Shown here: one piece after another, positions 24,963-37,828 of the stretch
How the letters are laid out: each line of letters opens with the position of its first letter
Numbering within the stretch: the stretch's first letter is position 1
Assembly: GCF_018977255.1 (NCBI RefSeq)
Contig: NW_024704742.1
Location: forward strand, 67,582,001-67,646,000
Origin: Callorhinchus milii
Taxonomy: Eukaryota
Direction of reading: 5' to 3'
Length of the DNA stretch: 64,000 nucleotides
Notes under the pieces: generated by a model
Seen by the model: only the letters and a program-made list of their open reading frames with translations
What the model was told of the DNA's origin: nothing
Databases searched by the model: none
Made by a program: the position numbers and the translations under genes

Positions 24963-26079
24963 AATTTGTTCTGAGGTGCTTTGAGGTTTATATGCTCAAT
25001 ATCACCTGCACAGTTTGTTATAGATGCTAGTTAATACTCTACCACGTAGAGCAGCTGGATAGCTCTTACCTGCAGTTCAAGATATATTCCACAAGTCAGC
25101 TTTGCTTTAAAATTAAACAAAGGCAATGATCAATCATATCGCTTAATAATGAAATCCTGTTAAGAAATCCCTTCCCCTCGTCTTCCATAATAATATAATA
25201 ATAATCCTTGAATTTGATATATCACCCTATCACATCATTCAGATATCTCAAAGTGCTTCATAAGATATACTGTAAAATGGCTGTGTATTTTGTGGGAAGA
25301 ATGTGGCATGTCCCACAAATAGCCATGGAGTGAGTGGCCAATTTTATTTCGCCCACAAATATATATATGGTCAATTCACTTTACAGCAAATTCTGTGAAG
25401 AGCTCTGAGACGTCTAGAAGACATGAAAAGCGCTATATCAAATGCAAGGATTATTATTATTATTATTATTTGGGGGAATGTTGGCCAGGATACCAGTAAA
25501 AACCCTTTCTCTTTTCAAATAGTGCCATATAGATCTTTAGCATCCACCTGAACAGGCAGATGGGACCTCAGTTTAACGTCTCATCTGAAGGACGGGACCT
25601 CTGATAATGCAACCTCCCTCCCAGCACTGCATTGGAGTGTCAGCTCAGACCATGTGATTCCAAGTCCCGAAAAGGAGCTTGAACCCACAACCTTCTGAGC
25701 CAGAGGTGAAAGTGGTACCACTGCGTCAGGCTGACATAATAATAACACTGGCAAAACCGTGTTTGTGAGCAGCTCTTGGCAGTAGCTCGGCTAACAATGT
25801 TAAATATTACAGCGCGAGGGAGCCAGGATGTAAATGGCTTTGTGAACACTTTAACTTAGTCAGTCAACAGTGAAGCTTAATTATATTGGATCCTGGAGAA
25901 GACAACTTACTGATCTGCATCATTGCACTGAGGTACCAAGGGGCATTCAATTGAATACTCCAATGGTTTATCATTTACCTTATTGTACAGTGCTTCTTCC
26001 CCAACAACAATAGCAACAACAATTGTCCAGTGCTTTTCATAAGGGCTGAACATCACACAGGGCTTCAAACTGCTGATGA

Positions 26080-26458
26080 GAATAATAATAATAATCCCTA
26101 TATTTGTTAAACTGTAGTACCTTATCACATTGTCGAGATGTCTCAAAGCAATTCACAGAATATATTTTAAGGTGATTTTTCTGTGTATTTTGTGGCCAAA
26201 CGTGGTAGCCAGTTGTCCACTGCAGTGTCCCACAAAGTTGTGGATTGATTGACCAAATGATTATGTTTTTTTGAGGGATTATTACCCCACAGAAACCAAT
26301 CCACCAATTGACTAACAACCCAGTTCCTACTTACTGCTCAGTAAACAGAGGCGAGTGGAGTAAGGAAACATGCCTAAGGTTTCGCCCTGCCGGGAATCGA
26401 ACCTGGGTCCTCTCGCTTGTGAAGCGAGTGCTCTAACCAATACGCTACAAGAATCCAC
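26080..26458 (-). mobile_element. SINE family A, full length
   Basis: Same consensus; intact B box (ggttcgattccc on minus). Confidence 0.92.
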
Positions 26459-26734
26459 ACGTTTCACAAGGATTTACAAACAAGGAGCAGACTTTAACAG
26501 AGTTGTTCGAAGGCGTGGCCAAAATGATATTTATTTTTAAGGAGCTCAGACGCACAGATTCACTTTCTCATACAAACTTACTCTCTCTCACACATACACA
26601 AACTCTAATCTTATCTCTTATCTCTCTCACACAGAGTACAGGAAACACGTAGGTCAGGTTTACAGACAGAATCATAGAACTATACAGTACAGAAGGAGGC
26701 CATTCGGCCCATTGTGTCTGTGCTGGCCTGACAG

Positions 26735-28725
26735 TTCACCACCAACTGTGGCTCGAGCATCTCCACAGCTTCCGTCGTTCTTTGATGCATGCGAAAACAG
26801 TTTCTACTCCAACATCATCTTAGAGGCAAAAAACAATCCCAAAGTCCTTCTTTCCACCGCCCACTACCTCTTCTATGCACCCGCTCAGGCCTCCTCAATC
26901 TTCACATCTAATGCCAAGTGCAAGGAGGTCATGGACTTCTTTTCAACCAAAATATATAATATCGCCAGGCAGCCTCAACCTCCTGTCATTTGTCACCCAA
27001 CACCACCACCTCTCCGTCCACCTCACCCTCCCCATCATCAGCTCCTACCACAACCCCCATCCTATATTCCTTCCTCCCCATCTCTTCTTCTTCCCTCTCA
27101 CCCACCATCACTTCAATGAAACCCACCATCTGCTGTCTTGACCCCCTCCCCACCAACTTGCTGGTCACCCAGCTCCCCCTCCTCTGCCTACTACTGGCTG
27201 ATGTCATCAACCAGTCTCTCTCCTCTGGAGCAGTCCCTGCCCCCCTCAAAACTGCTGTCATCACCCCCTCCTCAAAAAACCTTCCCTAGATTCCTCAAAC
27301 TCCAGCCACTACCGCCCTATTTCAAACTTGCCCTTCCTCACCAAGATCCTTGAATGTGTTGTTGCTAATCAACTCTGTGCACACCTCTCCTCCCACTTCG
27401 AACCCCTCCAGTCCGGTTTCCGCTCTGCCCACAGTACAGAGACTGCACTTGTGAAAGTCACAAATGACATCCTCTCTATCTGTGACCAGGGCTCCCTCTG
27501 CCTCCTTGTCCTCCTGGACCTCTCCACCAATTTCGACACAGTCGATCACGCCATCCTCCTCCACCGCCTTTCCTCCGTCTTCCACCTCAATGGGACCACA
27601 CTCGCCTGGTTCAAGTCCTACCTCACGAACCGCCAACAGTACATCTGCACAAACAGCTTTTCCTCCCGCTCTCACCCGGTTACCTGTGGGGTACCCCAGG
27701 GATCCATCCTTGGCCTCCTCCTCTTTCTGACCTATATGCTCCCTCTTGGGGATGTCATCCGCAGACATGGGATACACTTCCACATGTATGCGGACGACAC
27801 CCACTCTATTTTTCCACCTTTCTTTGCGACCCCCAGGACCCTGATGTTCTGTCATCCTGCCTGTCAGATCTCAGGGGATGGATGAGCGCGAATTTCCTTC
27901 AGCTAAATGTTGACAAGACGGAAGCCATACTCTTTGGCTCTCGTCAAAGTCTTAAATGGTTCTCACCTCCTCCACCTACCCGACCTCCCCCTAAAACTCT
28001 CAGAACCTGTACGCAACCTAAGCATCAGGTTCGACCCCCAATTATCCTTTCTCCCCCACATCCAGCCCCCACCAGCACCGCTTTCTTCCACCTCCGACAC
28101 ATCACCCGTCTTCGCCAATACATCACTCCAAAAGCCGCTGAAACCCTGGTCCATGCCTTTGTCACCTCTCGGCTGGACTATTCAAATGCCCTCCTCACCG
28201 GTCTCCCCTCCACTACCATTCATAAAATCCAGATTATTCAAAACTCTGCCGCCCGCATTCTCACCCGCACCAAACTCCACTGCCCGATCACCCCAGTCCT
28301 TGCCAGACTGCACTGGCTGCCTGATCCAGAGAGGATCCACTTCAAGATCCTCACCCTTGTCTTCAAATCCCTCCATTCCTCTGCACCCCCTCTACCTCTC
28401 TGACCTCCTCTCTTTTCACAACAGTGCCCGTTGCCTTTGCTCCACTGGGTCTGGCCTTCTCCTTGTCCCCCGAATCCTTCGCTCCACCATCGGCGGCCGT
28501 GCCTTCAGCCATTACGTCCCAAGGCTCTGGAATTCCCTTCCTCACTCCCTTCACCTCGTCCCCTCTCTTCCTATTTTCAGGTCTCGGCTGAAGACTTTCT
28601 TTTCGACCGCGCCTTTGGTCACCGTGTTCCCCCTCCCCCTGGCTCGGCCCCGGGATCCATTACTGTGAAGCGCTCTGAGACGCCATCTGGCGTGGAGGGC
28701 GCTATATAAATCCAAGTTGTTGTTG
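26735..28725 (+). mobile_element. L2 element, longest copy (about 2 kb), degenerate ORF2 with RT domain
   Basis: LDPLPT, QSGFRSAHSTETAL, GVPQGSILG, YADDT, AFVTSRLDYSN motifs across frameshifted ORFs. Confidence 0.97.
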
Positions 28726-29504
28726 TCGGGTAGGATGTTGATTCCGAGATTCAAAGCGGAGACATGTCGAGTAAATCTCTCAAAGCAAAACGAGCTTCCG
28801 CTGTGTGAGTGAAGATGGGGTTGACGCTGAGGCTGCCTGTGGAGAGGCTGACTCCACGCTAATAGCTTCTGGCACTTGCTGTACGCCTGGAGACCTGCTG
28901 TAACAACACAGCCTGATAATTGGATTCTTCCTGAACAAATTCACCAGGAAACCAAGCATCAAAAGCTGCTGAAAGTGTTTGTGGCCGTGCCACAAACAGG
29001 CAACCATTCTTCGAATGAGACGTTAAACCGAGGTCCCTTCTGCCTGTTCAGGTGGATGTTAAAGATCATGGCACTATTCGAAAAGAGAAGGGAGTTTTCC
29101 CAGTGTCCTGACCATCAATTGCCCCCTATTAAAAATTGGGTCTTTTTTTATGATTGTTTATGGAACTTCACTTTATGCGAAATCTTCGGCAAGTTTACTT
29201 ATTCCACACGCCTAACAATAATCAGTCCAAAAAAACAAAAAAAAATTGGTCATTTTCAATCCACGACTGTTTGTGGGACACTGCTGTGCATAATTGGCTG
29301 CCACGTTTCGCCCACAAATATAAGTCAATTCACTTTACAGTATAATTTGTGAAGCACTTTGAGATGTCTAGAAGATGTGAAAAGCGCTATATCAAATGCA
29401 AGGGTTATTATTATTGTTATTTTATTATATTATTGTTATTAGGCAAATTGGCTGCCATGTTTGCCCAAATGAATGATCAACTTTTAAAATTATAATAATC
29501 CTAA

Positions 29505-29863
29505 ATAATAATCCTTGCATTTGATATAGTGCCTTATTACATCTTCAAGACATCTGACATCTGACAGAACATACTGTAAAGTGAATTGCCTGTATGTTAT
29601 GTGGGCAAAACGCAGCAGCCATTTGCACACAGCAGCTCGCAGATAGTTGTGGAGTGAGTGACCAAATAATTTTTTTTGAAGGGATTATTGCCCACGGAAA
29701 AGCAATCCAACAATTAATTAACAACCTGGTTCCTACCTACTGCTAGGTAAACAGGTGTGTGGAGTAAGGAAACTTGTCTAACATTTCTCCCCGCCCGGGA
29801 ATCAAACTTAGATCATTTAGCTTGCGAGGCGAGTGCTCTAACTAACACGCTATATGACGCCAC
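29505..29863 (-). mobile_element. SINE family A, full length
   Basis: Same consensus. Confidence 0.9.
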
Positions 29864-30781
29864 AATGAATGGAGAGCTAATAAGATTGTACATGGGATTG
29901 AGAAATTAAATCCAAAAAAATACTATTTGGATAATAATAATAATAACCCTTGCATTTGATGTAGCACCTTATCACATCATTGAAACTTCTCAAAGCATTT
30001 CACAGAAAACCAGTGGGGAGGTGAGGAGAAATATTTTTATGCAGCGAGTTGCTACAATCTACCTGAAAGAGTGGTCAAAGCAGATTCAATAATAAACATT
30101 TAAAAGCTAACTGGATATTTACTTGAAAAGTAAAACATTGCAATAATCTGGGGAAAAAGAAGGGAAGTGGGACTAGTTGGTAGCTCTTTCAAAGAGTCGC
30201 CATAGCACGATGGCCCGAATGGCCTCCTTCTGTGCTGTAAGATTCTATGATTCTATGATATTGTAATGTGGATTGACTGTGTATTTTGTGGGTGAAACGC
30301 AGCAGCCAATGCATCAATACAGCAAAGAAAAGGTCACAACTTTGAACTTTTGGAAAAGAGCAATTTCAGGACAGAGACCAGGAAGTATTTCTTCAACCAG
30401 AGGGTTAACAATTGGAACAAGGTTATCAGGAAGGGTGGCTGAGGTCAAGGCAGAAGTCAGAAACAGCTGAGTTTGGTTCAAGGTGGAGCTTCAACCTTCA
30501 ACCTTCTTACTCAGACAGTAGTGCTACAACTGAGCCAGGCTGATATGCACTTACCTGTATCACTGTTTGTATATGAGCAATGAGTCTTGCAGTACATGTC
30601 TTAATTTGTGGTCTCTTTCTCTATTCAGAGAAATAGAGGTCAATTTCTCTATTCAGCCCTCGGGTGAGATATTAAACCGAGGTCCTGTTTGCCTGTTCAG
30701 GTGGACGTTAAAGATCCCATGACGCTATTTAAAAAGAGAAGGGAGTTTCTCCTGGTGTTCTGGCCAACAGTCCCCTAAATA

Positions 30782-32118
30782 AACAACAACAAATTACATT
30801 TGTATAGCACCTTTCACATCGGGAGTTCATCCCAAGGCACTGGACAGTCAGGTGGTTGGGATCAGGGAGGGTGTAGGGCAGGGAGGGTAGGGGTAGGAGG
30901 GTGACTGAAGGAACAGTTGAAAAGAAGGGTCTTGAGACATGCCTTGAAGTAGGCAGGGAAGGGAGCAAGGCAACAATAACAAAATTACATTTGTAAAGCG
31001 CCTTTCATATCAGGAGGACGTCCCAAGGCGCTGAACAGACAGAGCTATGGACCCAAGCAGAGGGTTGGGATGGGGGACGGGGGAGGGCAGGGGGGGAAGT
31101 AGGGAGTTTGAAAGCACAGTCGAAGAGGAGGATCTTGAGATGGGTCCTGAAGGTGGCGAGGGACTGCGCGATGGAGTTCCAGACGGTGGGTGCAGAGTGG
31201 CGGAAGGCCCACATAATGGGGCAAGCAAGGCAGGGGACGTGAAGCAGGCTGGAGCCTGCTGAGCGGAGGGAGGGAACAGGGTGTTAGGGGATTAAGAGGT
31301 TGGAGAGGTACAGGGGAGCAAGACCGTGGAGGGATTTGAAGGTGAGGACCAGGATCATGAACTGTATCCTCTGTGTGATGGGAAGCCAGTGGAGTCAGGT
31401 GAGGATGGGGGTGATAGGGTCGCGGAGCCAAGTGTGAGAGAGGATATGGGCTGCAGAGTTCTGGATGATCTGCAGCCTGTGAAGGGAGGAGTTGGGGAGG
31501 CCGACAAGCAGTGAGTTTGCATAGTCGAGCCTTGATGTAATGAAGGCGTGTATGTGGGTTTTGGTGATCTGCGGTGTGAGACAGTGGCGGAGCCGGGCGA
31601 TGTTGCGGAGGTGGGGGAAGGCAGAGCGGGTCATGGCACAGATGTGGGGTAGAAAGGATAGTTGAGGGTTAAACAAGATCCCAAGGTTCTGGGCTGGCTT
31701 AGTAAGGTGGAGTGTGCAACCATGGTGGTGATGCTGTCAGCGTCTGAGGTGAGGAGGCGCTGACGGAAGTCAATCAGGAGAGCCTCGGTCTTGTTGACGT
31801 TCAACTGTAGAAAGTTTGCTCTCATCCAGGACTTGATGTCTGACAGACATTCTGTCAGCACAGCAGTGGTCCTGGAGTCAAGGGTGGAGGCAGAGAGATA
31901 GAGTTGGGTGTCATCCACATACATGTGGAAGTTGACCCCATGTCTGTGGATGATGTCACCAAGAGGGAGCATGTAGATGTTGAAGAGGAGAGGACCAGAG
32001 CCCTGAGAAATGCCACACGAGATGGTGCGGGGGCTGGAGGAGAAACAATACGTGGAGACAAAGTGGAGGCAGTGTGAAAGGTAGGATTTGAATCAGTCAA
32101 CGACAGAACCATGAAGGT
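30782..32118 (-). mobile_element. Two abutting L2 pieces (3' end 30782-30970; longer copy 30972-32118)
   Basis: YVDDTQLY and WMRANFLQLNVNKTE motifs; two separate (caa)n tails. Confidence 0.93.
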
Positions 32119-34777
32119 TGATCACTCATTCCTTGGCTGCTTATGATTGTTCCGCTCAGCTGGCTCCGGCCTCCTGCTTGTCCCTTGACCCTTCCACTCC
32201 ACCATCGGCGGCCATGCTTTCAGCCACTACCACTTGAAACTTTAGAACTCTCTCCCTCAATCCCTCCACTGTGCCCGCTCTTTTAGATCACAACTGAAGA
32301 CCTTCCTCTTCAACTGGGCTCATAGTCACATCCTCCCATCCCTCAGCTTGGTGTCAAGCTCCGCCACTGTTAAGCGTTCCAAGATGCTACCCCATGTGAA
32401 GGGATCTAAATGCAAGTTGTTGTTAAAATACCCACATACAACTTTTGCAGGGGTATAAGGTGCAGGGTTAGAATCAAGCAACTGGGTAAGAACAAAGAGT
32501 CAAACCTAAATGTAAACCCAGTGAACATTATGTGCTAAGAAGATTAGATTTTCCACCAGTTGGTATGTGCGGCTTGGTTTACAGCCTGACTGATTGTCTA
32601 AATGTCTAGCGAGCGGCTATCACATGCCAAGTCCTCTGGGGCTCTGCTGCTTGTTTTTCCTTTTGTGCCTGTGTTCTGGAAGTCTGCCATTCCCTCTCCT
32701 CTGGGAACGCCAGTATCTGACAGCAGCAGCTGTCCCCAGGCACCAGTTCAAAAACTCTCAAATCGACTGCACATGACCAGTCCTTTAGCAGTATAATCAA
32801 GGACATGTGTTGAGAGATACAGTAAACTACAGACAGACTGCTGGCGACTGGCGGGGCTTTAAAGAAGCCCTCGCTCACTGAACAGCTGCAAAAGAAGCCA
32901 AGTTTCTCTGGCCCTGTTTCCTCCGCTTTCCTTCGGAAGAGGCGTTAAACTCCTCTATCTTAACTCCAAATATTGCAAAAGGGGGAGATGGAGTGAGGCA
33001 GCACAGAGATGATTAGAACATACTCAGAAAAAAAATAATAATTTGTTCACTCAATCCACTGTTTGTGGGACACTGCTGTGCGCAATTGGCTGCTGCGTTT
33101 TGCCCACAAATATAGTGTATTCTGGGAAGCACTTTGAGACGTCTAGAAGACGTGAAAAGTGCTCCGGCTCCAGCCTTCTGCATATCCCATCCACTCCACT
33201 ATCAGCGACTATGCTTTCAGCCCCGAAACTCAGGAACTCCCTGCCTCAATCCTTGCCCCCTCTTGCCTGTCTTTGGATCGCACTTAAATCTGATCGACCT
33301 TCCTCTTTGACTGTTCCTAGTCACCTTCCCTTTCTCCCTGGCTTGGCGTCAACCTCCACCCTTGTTAAACATGCTGAGACGCTATCCCATGTGGCTAAAA
33401 ATCCCATGGTTCTATTCAAAAGGAGAAGGAAGTTTCTCCCAATGTTATGCAGAGGGAGGTGAGAATGTGGAACTCACTGGGAGAAACTGAAATCGTGAAG
33501 CTAAAAAACGTCAATGCATTTAAGAGTGTCCCAGGCAACAACTACCCACCCCCCAACCCAGTAAAAAAAAACTCACTTCATGGCTGTTTGTGGGATGTGG
33601 TTGTGCACAAAGTGGCTGCTGTGTTCGCCCACAAAATGCAGTCACTGCATTTTACAAAGAAATTCCATGAAGCACTTTGAGACATGACACAGCACCATAT
33701 CAAATGCAAGGGTGGTTATTATTTATGTATGTAATATATTTCAGCATTGTCTAATTTTACCAAATCCTGTATTGTTCCTTACCATTCTCTGGCTGTGCTC
33801 TCCGCACTAAAAAGAGCTTTTGTATCCATAGCACTTCATCATGTCAACATCTCAAAGGGCTTTACTTTAATCACTGTCAAGTTCAGTGACGATTTATTTG
33901 GTAGGGAAACACAGCAGCCAATGTTCCCACAGCTACATCCCACAAACAACCATGAGGTGAATGATTAATATAACAGGGTTTGTTGGTCAGATCACCGGGG
34001 GAAGATTCCCTTCTCTTTCAGATCTTTAGCTAAAGATCCCCTGATGAAACTACCCTGAACTGTTATACACCTACAAAATACATAGTCACTGCACTTTACA
34101 GTAAATTCCTGTGAAGCACTTTGAGACTTTGAAAGCTTTGAGACTTTATCCTGCCGAGACTATAGGGAGATTCACCAGTAACACAGCACTCCTTCAGGCA
34201 ACATTCTGTATTTCAATAAGCGTGGACGAATTAAAGGGACCATGCAGATTTCTTGTGATGTTACATAATAATAATCCTTACATTTGATGGAGTACCTTTC
34301 ACATTGGGAGGACGTCTCAAAGCACTTCAAAGAATATGTTGTAAAGTGCAGTGTTTTATGGTGAACGGGGCAGCCAATTTGCACCAAGGCAATTTCCCAC
34401 AAACCGTCATGGAGTTAATTACCAATTTTATTTGGGAGATTTTGTTGGCAGGGACATTGGGAGATGTTTCGACACCAAATGTTACAGTTTCCCCATCAAG
34501 CTGCTGTTTTAGTGAGTCTTGATTAACCTACCTGGTAACTTGTTCCAGTCATTAAATACCCTCTGAGTAACATAAAACTTCCCGGTGTCCGTTCTAAAAT
34601 TGTCCAAGTCTAAACCTCTTGTTCTACCGTCTTGATGCACCCAATGAAGTATGCCTATGGGTTTTACTTTTTCAATCCCATTAAAAATGTTATACACCTC
34701 TATGAGGTCCTCTCTGAGTCACCTTCTCTCAAGACTGAAGAGCCGAGAATGAAATCTGGCATGATTCCCACTCTATG

Positions 34778-34895
34778 CATGTTTGTGTGCGAGTATATGT
34801 GGGTGTATATATCTATGTACATGATTGTGTGTAATATGTGTCTGTACGTGTATGTGTACATGTTTGTATGTATGTGTACACAACCATGTGTACAT
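34778..34895. repeat. Degenerate (TG)n/(TATG)n microsatellite
   Basis: Seen directly. Confidence 0.8.
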
Positions 34896-35945
34896 AGCCA
34901 CTGGGCTGACTGTGATAAACACCCCTCCACAACCTTACGGTTGAATACCACACCGACACGCACCATTTAGACTCAGTCATGAAAAATGGGACACTTGAAT
35001 ATGTTATTCCCCCACCATAGCTCAGCAAGATCCAGTGGCTCTGGTTGATGTGCTGGGTTCTGGTCTGTCACTCAGGTGAGTGAGCTCCTCAGGCTCAGTC
35101 TCCCCCTGCCATCTGACTCAACATTGGCTGTGGTCCACAAGCTGCATAATATTGATGGGGTGGAACACACAGCTGGAGGCTGACAGCAGATCTGTCAGTT
35201 TCAAGAGACAGACCTCGATTATTCTGTGGAAAGAAAGTGTAACCTCTTCCTATGCACATGCTGTAAATGTTAAGGGAAAAAAAGTATTAATACGTTTACA
35301 ATCCACCATATCCAACAAATTGATTTTGACAAGTGTAACAGATAGGTTAGTTTCAGCGAGGTTTATGAATTTATTAAAAAAAGTTTCCCTGTGCGTTCCC
35401 GGATCTCTTCGGTTTGGCATGACTGGTTCTGTCGAGGATTGCAAACACTTTCAAACTCTTTAGCAACTTGACTGCCCCCTCAAGGGGAGATTTCCCAGTA
35501 ACTGGCACTGAGAACCTCAAGGTTAGGAAGTTAAAAAAACAACGAATAATCCTTCACTTTGGATATAGCACTATGTCGAAACATCTCAGGGCAAACGTGG
35601 CAGCCAATTTCCACAGCAATGTCCCACAGCCAGACAGCCATGAAGCGAATGATCAATTTATTTGCAGGATTGCTGGCCAGGATAACAAGAGAAATTCTGT
35701 TTGTGTGTGTTTAGCACGACTCTCAAATTCTGTAGAGAGCAATTTGCAATAGGAATAGCTGAAAACAGGAACAGAAGGAGGCCATTCAGCCCACTGAGCC
35801 TGTTCCATCAATTTACTGGATCGCAGCAGATGTTTATCCCAAAGCCACTTTTTATCGTTTTCAGCACACCCCTTTACACCTCTATCACCCAAGTCTTTAT
35901 CTCTCTTTTAAACATTCCCATTAATTCCATCTCTACAACTTTCTT

Positions 35946-36239
35946 CAGGGTGTCCACAAAGTCCCCTTTGGAGGAGCTGACAGATTTCTCCTCGTCACTC
36001 CATCATGTTACAGAAGATGTCGCACCAGACATAGTAACGGATAATTATCTGCCATGAAAACGATGGCGCTCACACACACCGATCCTCTGGACGTTTGGAC
36101 ATCTAAATAGTTAGCAACACTTGTATCAAATACAATTAAGTACTTCTAAATACAATTATCATCATTCTTCCACGTTTCAGTTGTTGGTCAGTGCATAATT
36201 TTAAAAAAAATTGGGTAACAGGACTTTGTGGACACCCTG
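35946..36239. mobile_element. Tc1/mariner-type MITE, second copy, inserted in a CR1 3' fragment
   Basis: Perfect 18-bp TIR cagggtgtccacaaagtc / gactttgtggacaccctg followed by TA. Confidence 0.9.
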
Positions 36240-37828
36240 TAGAGTAGAACATTCCACATATCCCCAAGCCCCCCACCCTGCCGTGTGAAGAAATTCTTCC
36301 TGACCACATTTCAAAGATTTTGACTCTGATTCTAAGACTCTGCCCCCACCCCCACCCCCCTTGTAATGGATACATCTACGAAGGAGAAGAGTCGTCAACT
36401 ATCCAGTCAATTTCTTTTGTTACTTTAAATACTTCAAATAAAATTATCCCTTACACCCCCATGCTCCATGGAATATAACCCCAGCCTCTCATTATAGCTG
36501 AGGCTCTTCGGTACAGGTACTGATCTTACAGATAAGCTTTATCTTTATGTATCCAAATACATTCTGACTGGTTAATTAAATTAACATATTTGATTCCAAT
36601 TGTTAGGGGACTGCAAAGCATTTCATCAGTTCAAACATAGTAGTAGTTTATATGAATCTGAAACTGGGCCAATTTCTTTTAAAAAATGACCACCATGTGG
36701 AGCTGCAGTCTTTACAGAGGAGCAGTAAATAATCAACACCATACTACCCAAAAACTTTCTAAAGGAAGCAACCAAGCTTTGAACACTAAACTCAGATACC
36801 TTTCCATTGCCACAATAATCATAATAATAATCCTTGTATTTGATATTGCGTCTTATCACGTCTTCGAGTCGTCTCAAAGCGCTTCACAGAATATACTGTA
36901 AAGACTGTATATTTGGTGGGCAAAATTAGTCATCTCTAAGCTGGGAGAGAATCACTGTGTAGCTTGTGATCAGTTATAAAACTGAAGATATCACTGTATA
37001 GATTGTGGTATCAGATATTCACACACCTCATCGCTAGCTGAGGGCTCTCCCCATTCACACAATTGACCACACTTTCAGTCATCTTTCTCCTCCCCATCCC
37101 CTCTGCTCCCACCCCAGTTCAAGTGCCAAGCCAGGTCTATCAAGCGCCTTGGGATGTCCTCCCGCCTTGAAAAAATATATAAATGTAAATTTGTATCGTA
37201 TTTCTTCACGCAAAGGGTTGTGAAAATGTGATAACATATACAAAGTGGAAAAAGCCCACACAGATATGATCAACTGGAAATTTTTGAAAGGCGACAGATA
37301 ATATTCTTATTCCCCAAAAGGCAGGGATTAAAATATCTGCCACAACCTAATAAACTGGCTGAATGGACTCTTCTGTTTCTATATTAAGTTATGTACTGTA
37401 CATCATAGTCTGGCTGCACATTCAAAAGTCCTCAATTCAATTCTAATTTGGAAGGCAATTTTAATCCTAAAATAATCCTTGCATTTGATATATCGTCTTT
37501 CACATAGGGAGGATGTCTCAAAACACCCCACAGGATTTACTAGAAAGCGCACTGACTCCGTATTTTGTGGACAAATGTGCACCCAATTTGTGGACAGCAA
37601 CGTCCCACAGAGTTTTCCACTTTTAAAAATAGTTGGTTTGCAAATTATAACAACTTGCATTTATTTAGCACCCAACACACAGGATAGTGTCTCAGAGCAC
37701 TACACAGTGATAGTGTTGGATGCCAAATAGGCTGTCGAATACAATTCCCACCATTGTTCATGGCTGTTAACCTTTTTTTCACACCTATCTGCATCACCAA
37801 AAGTAACCATGAATATTTTGTAAGTAAC

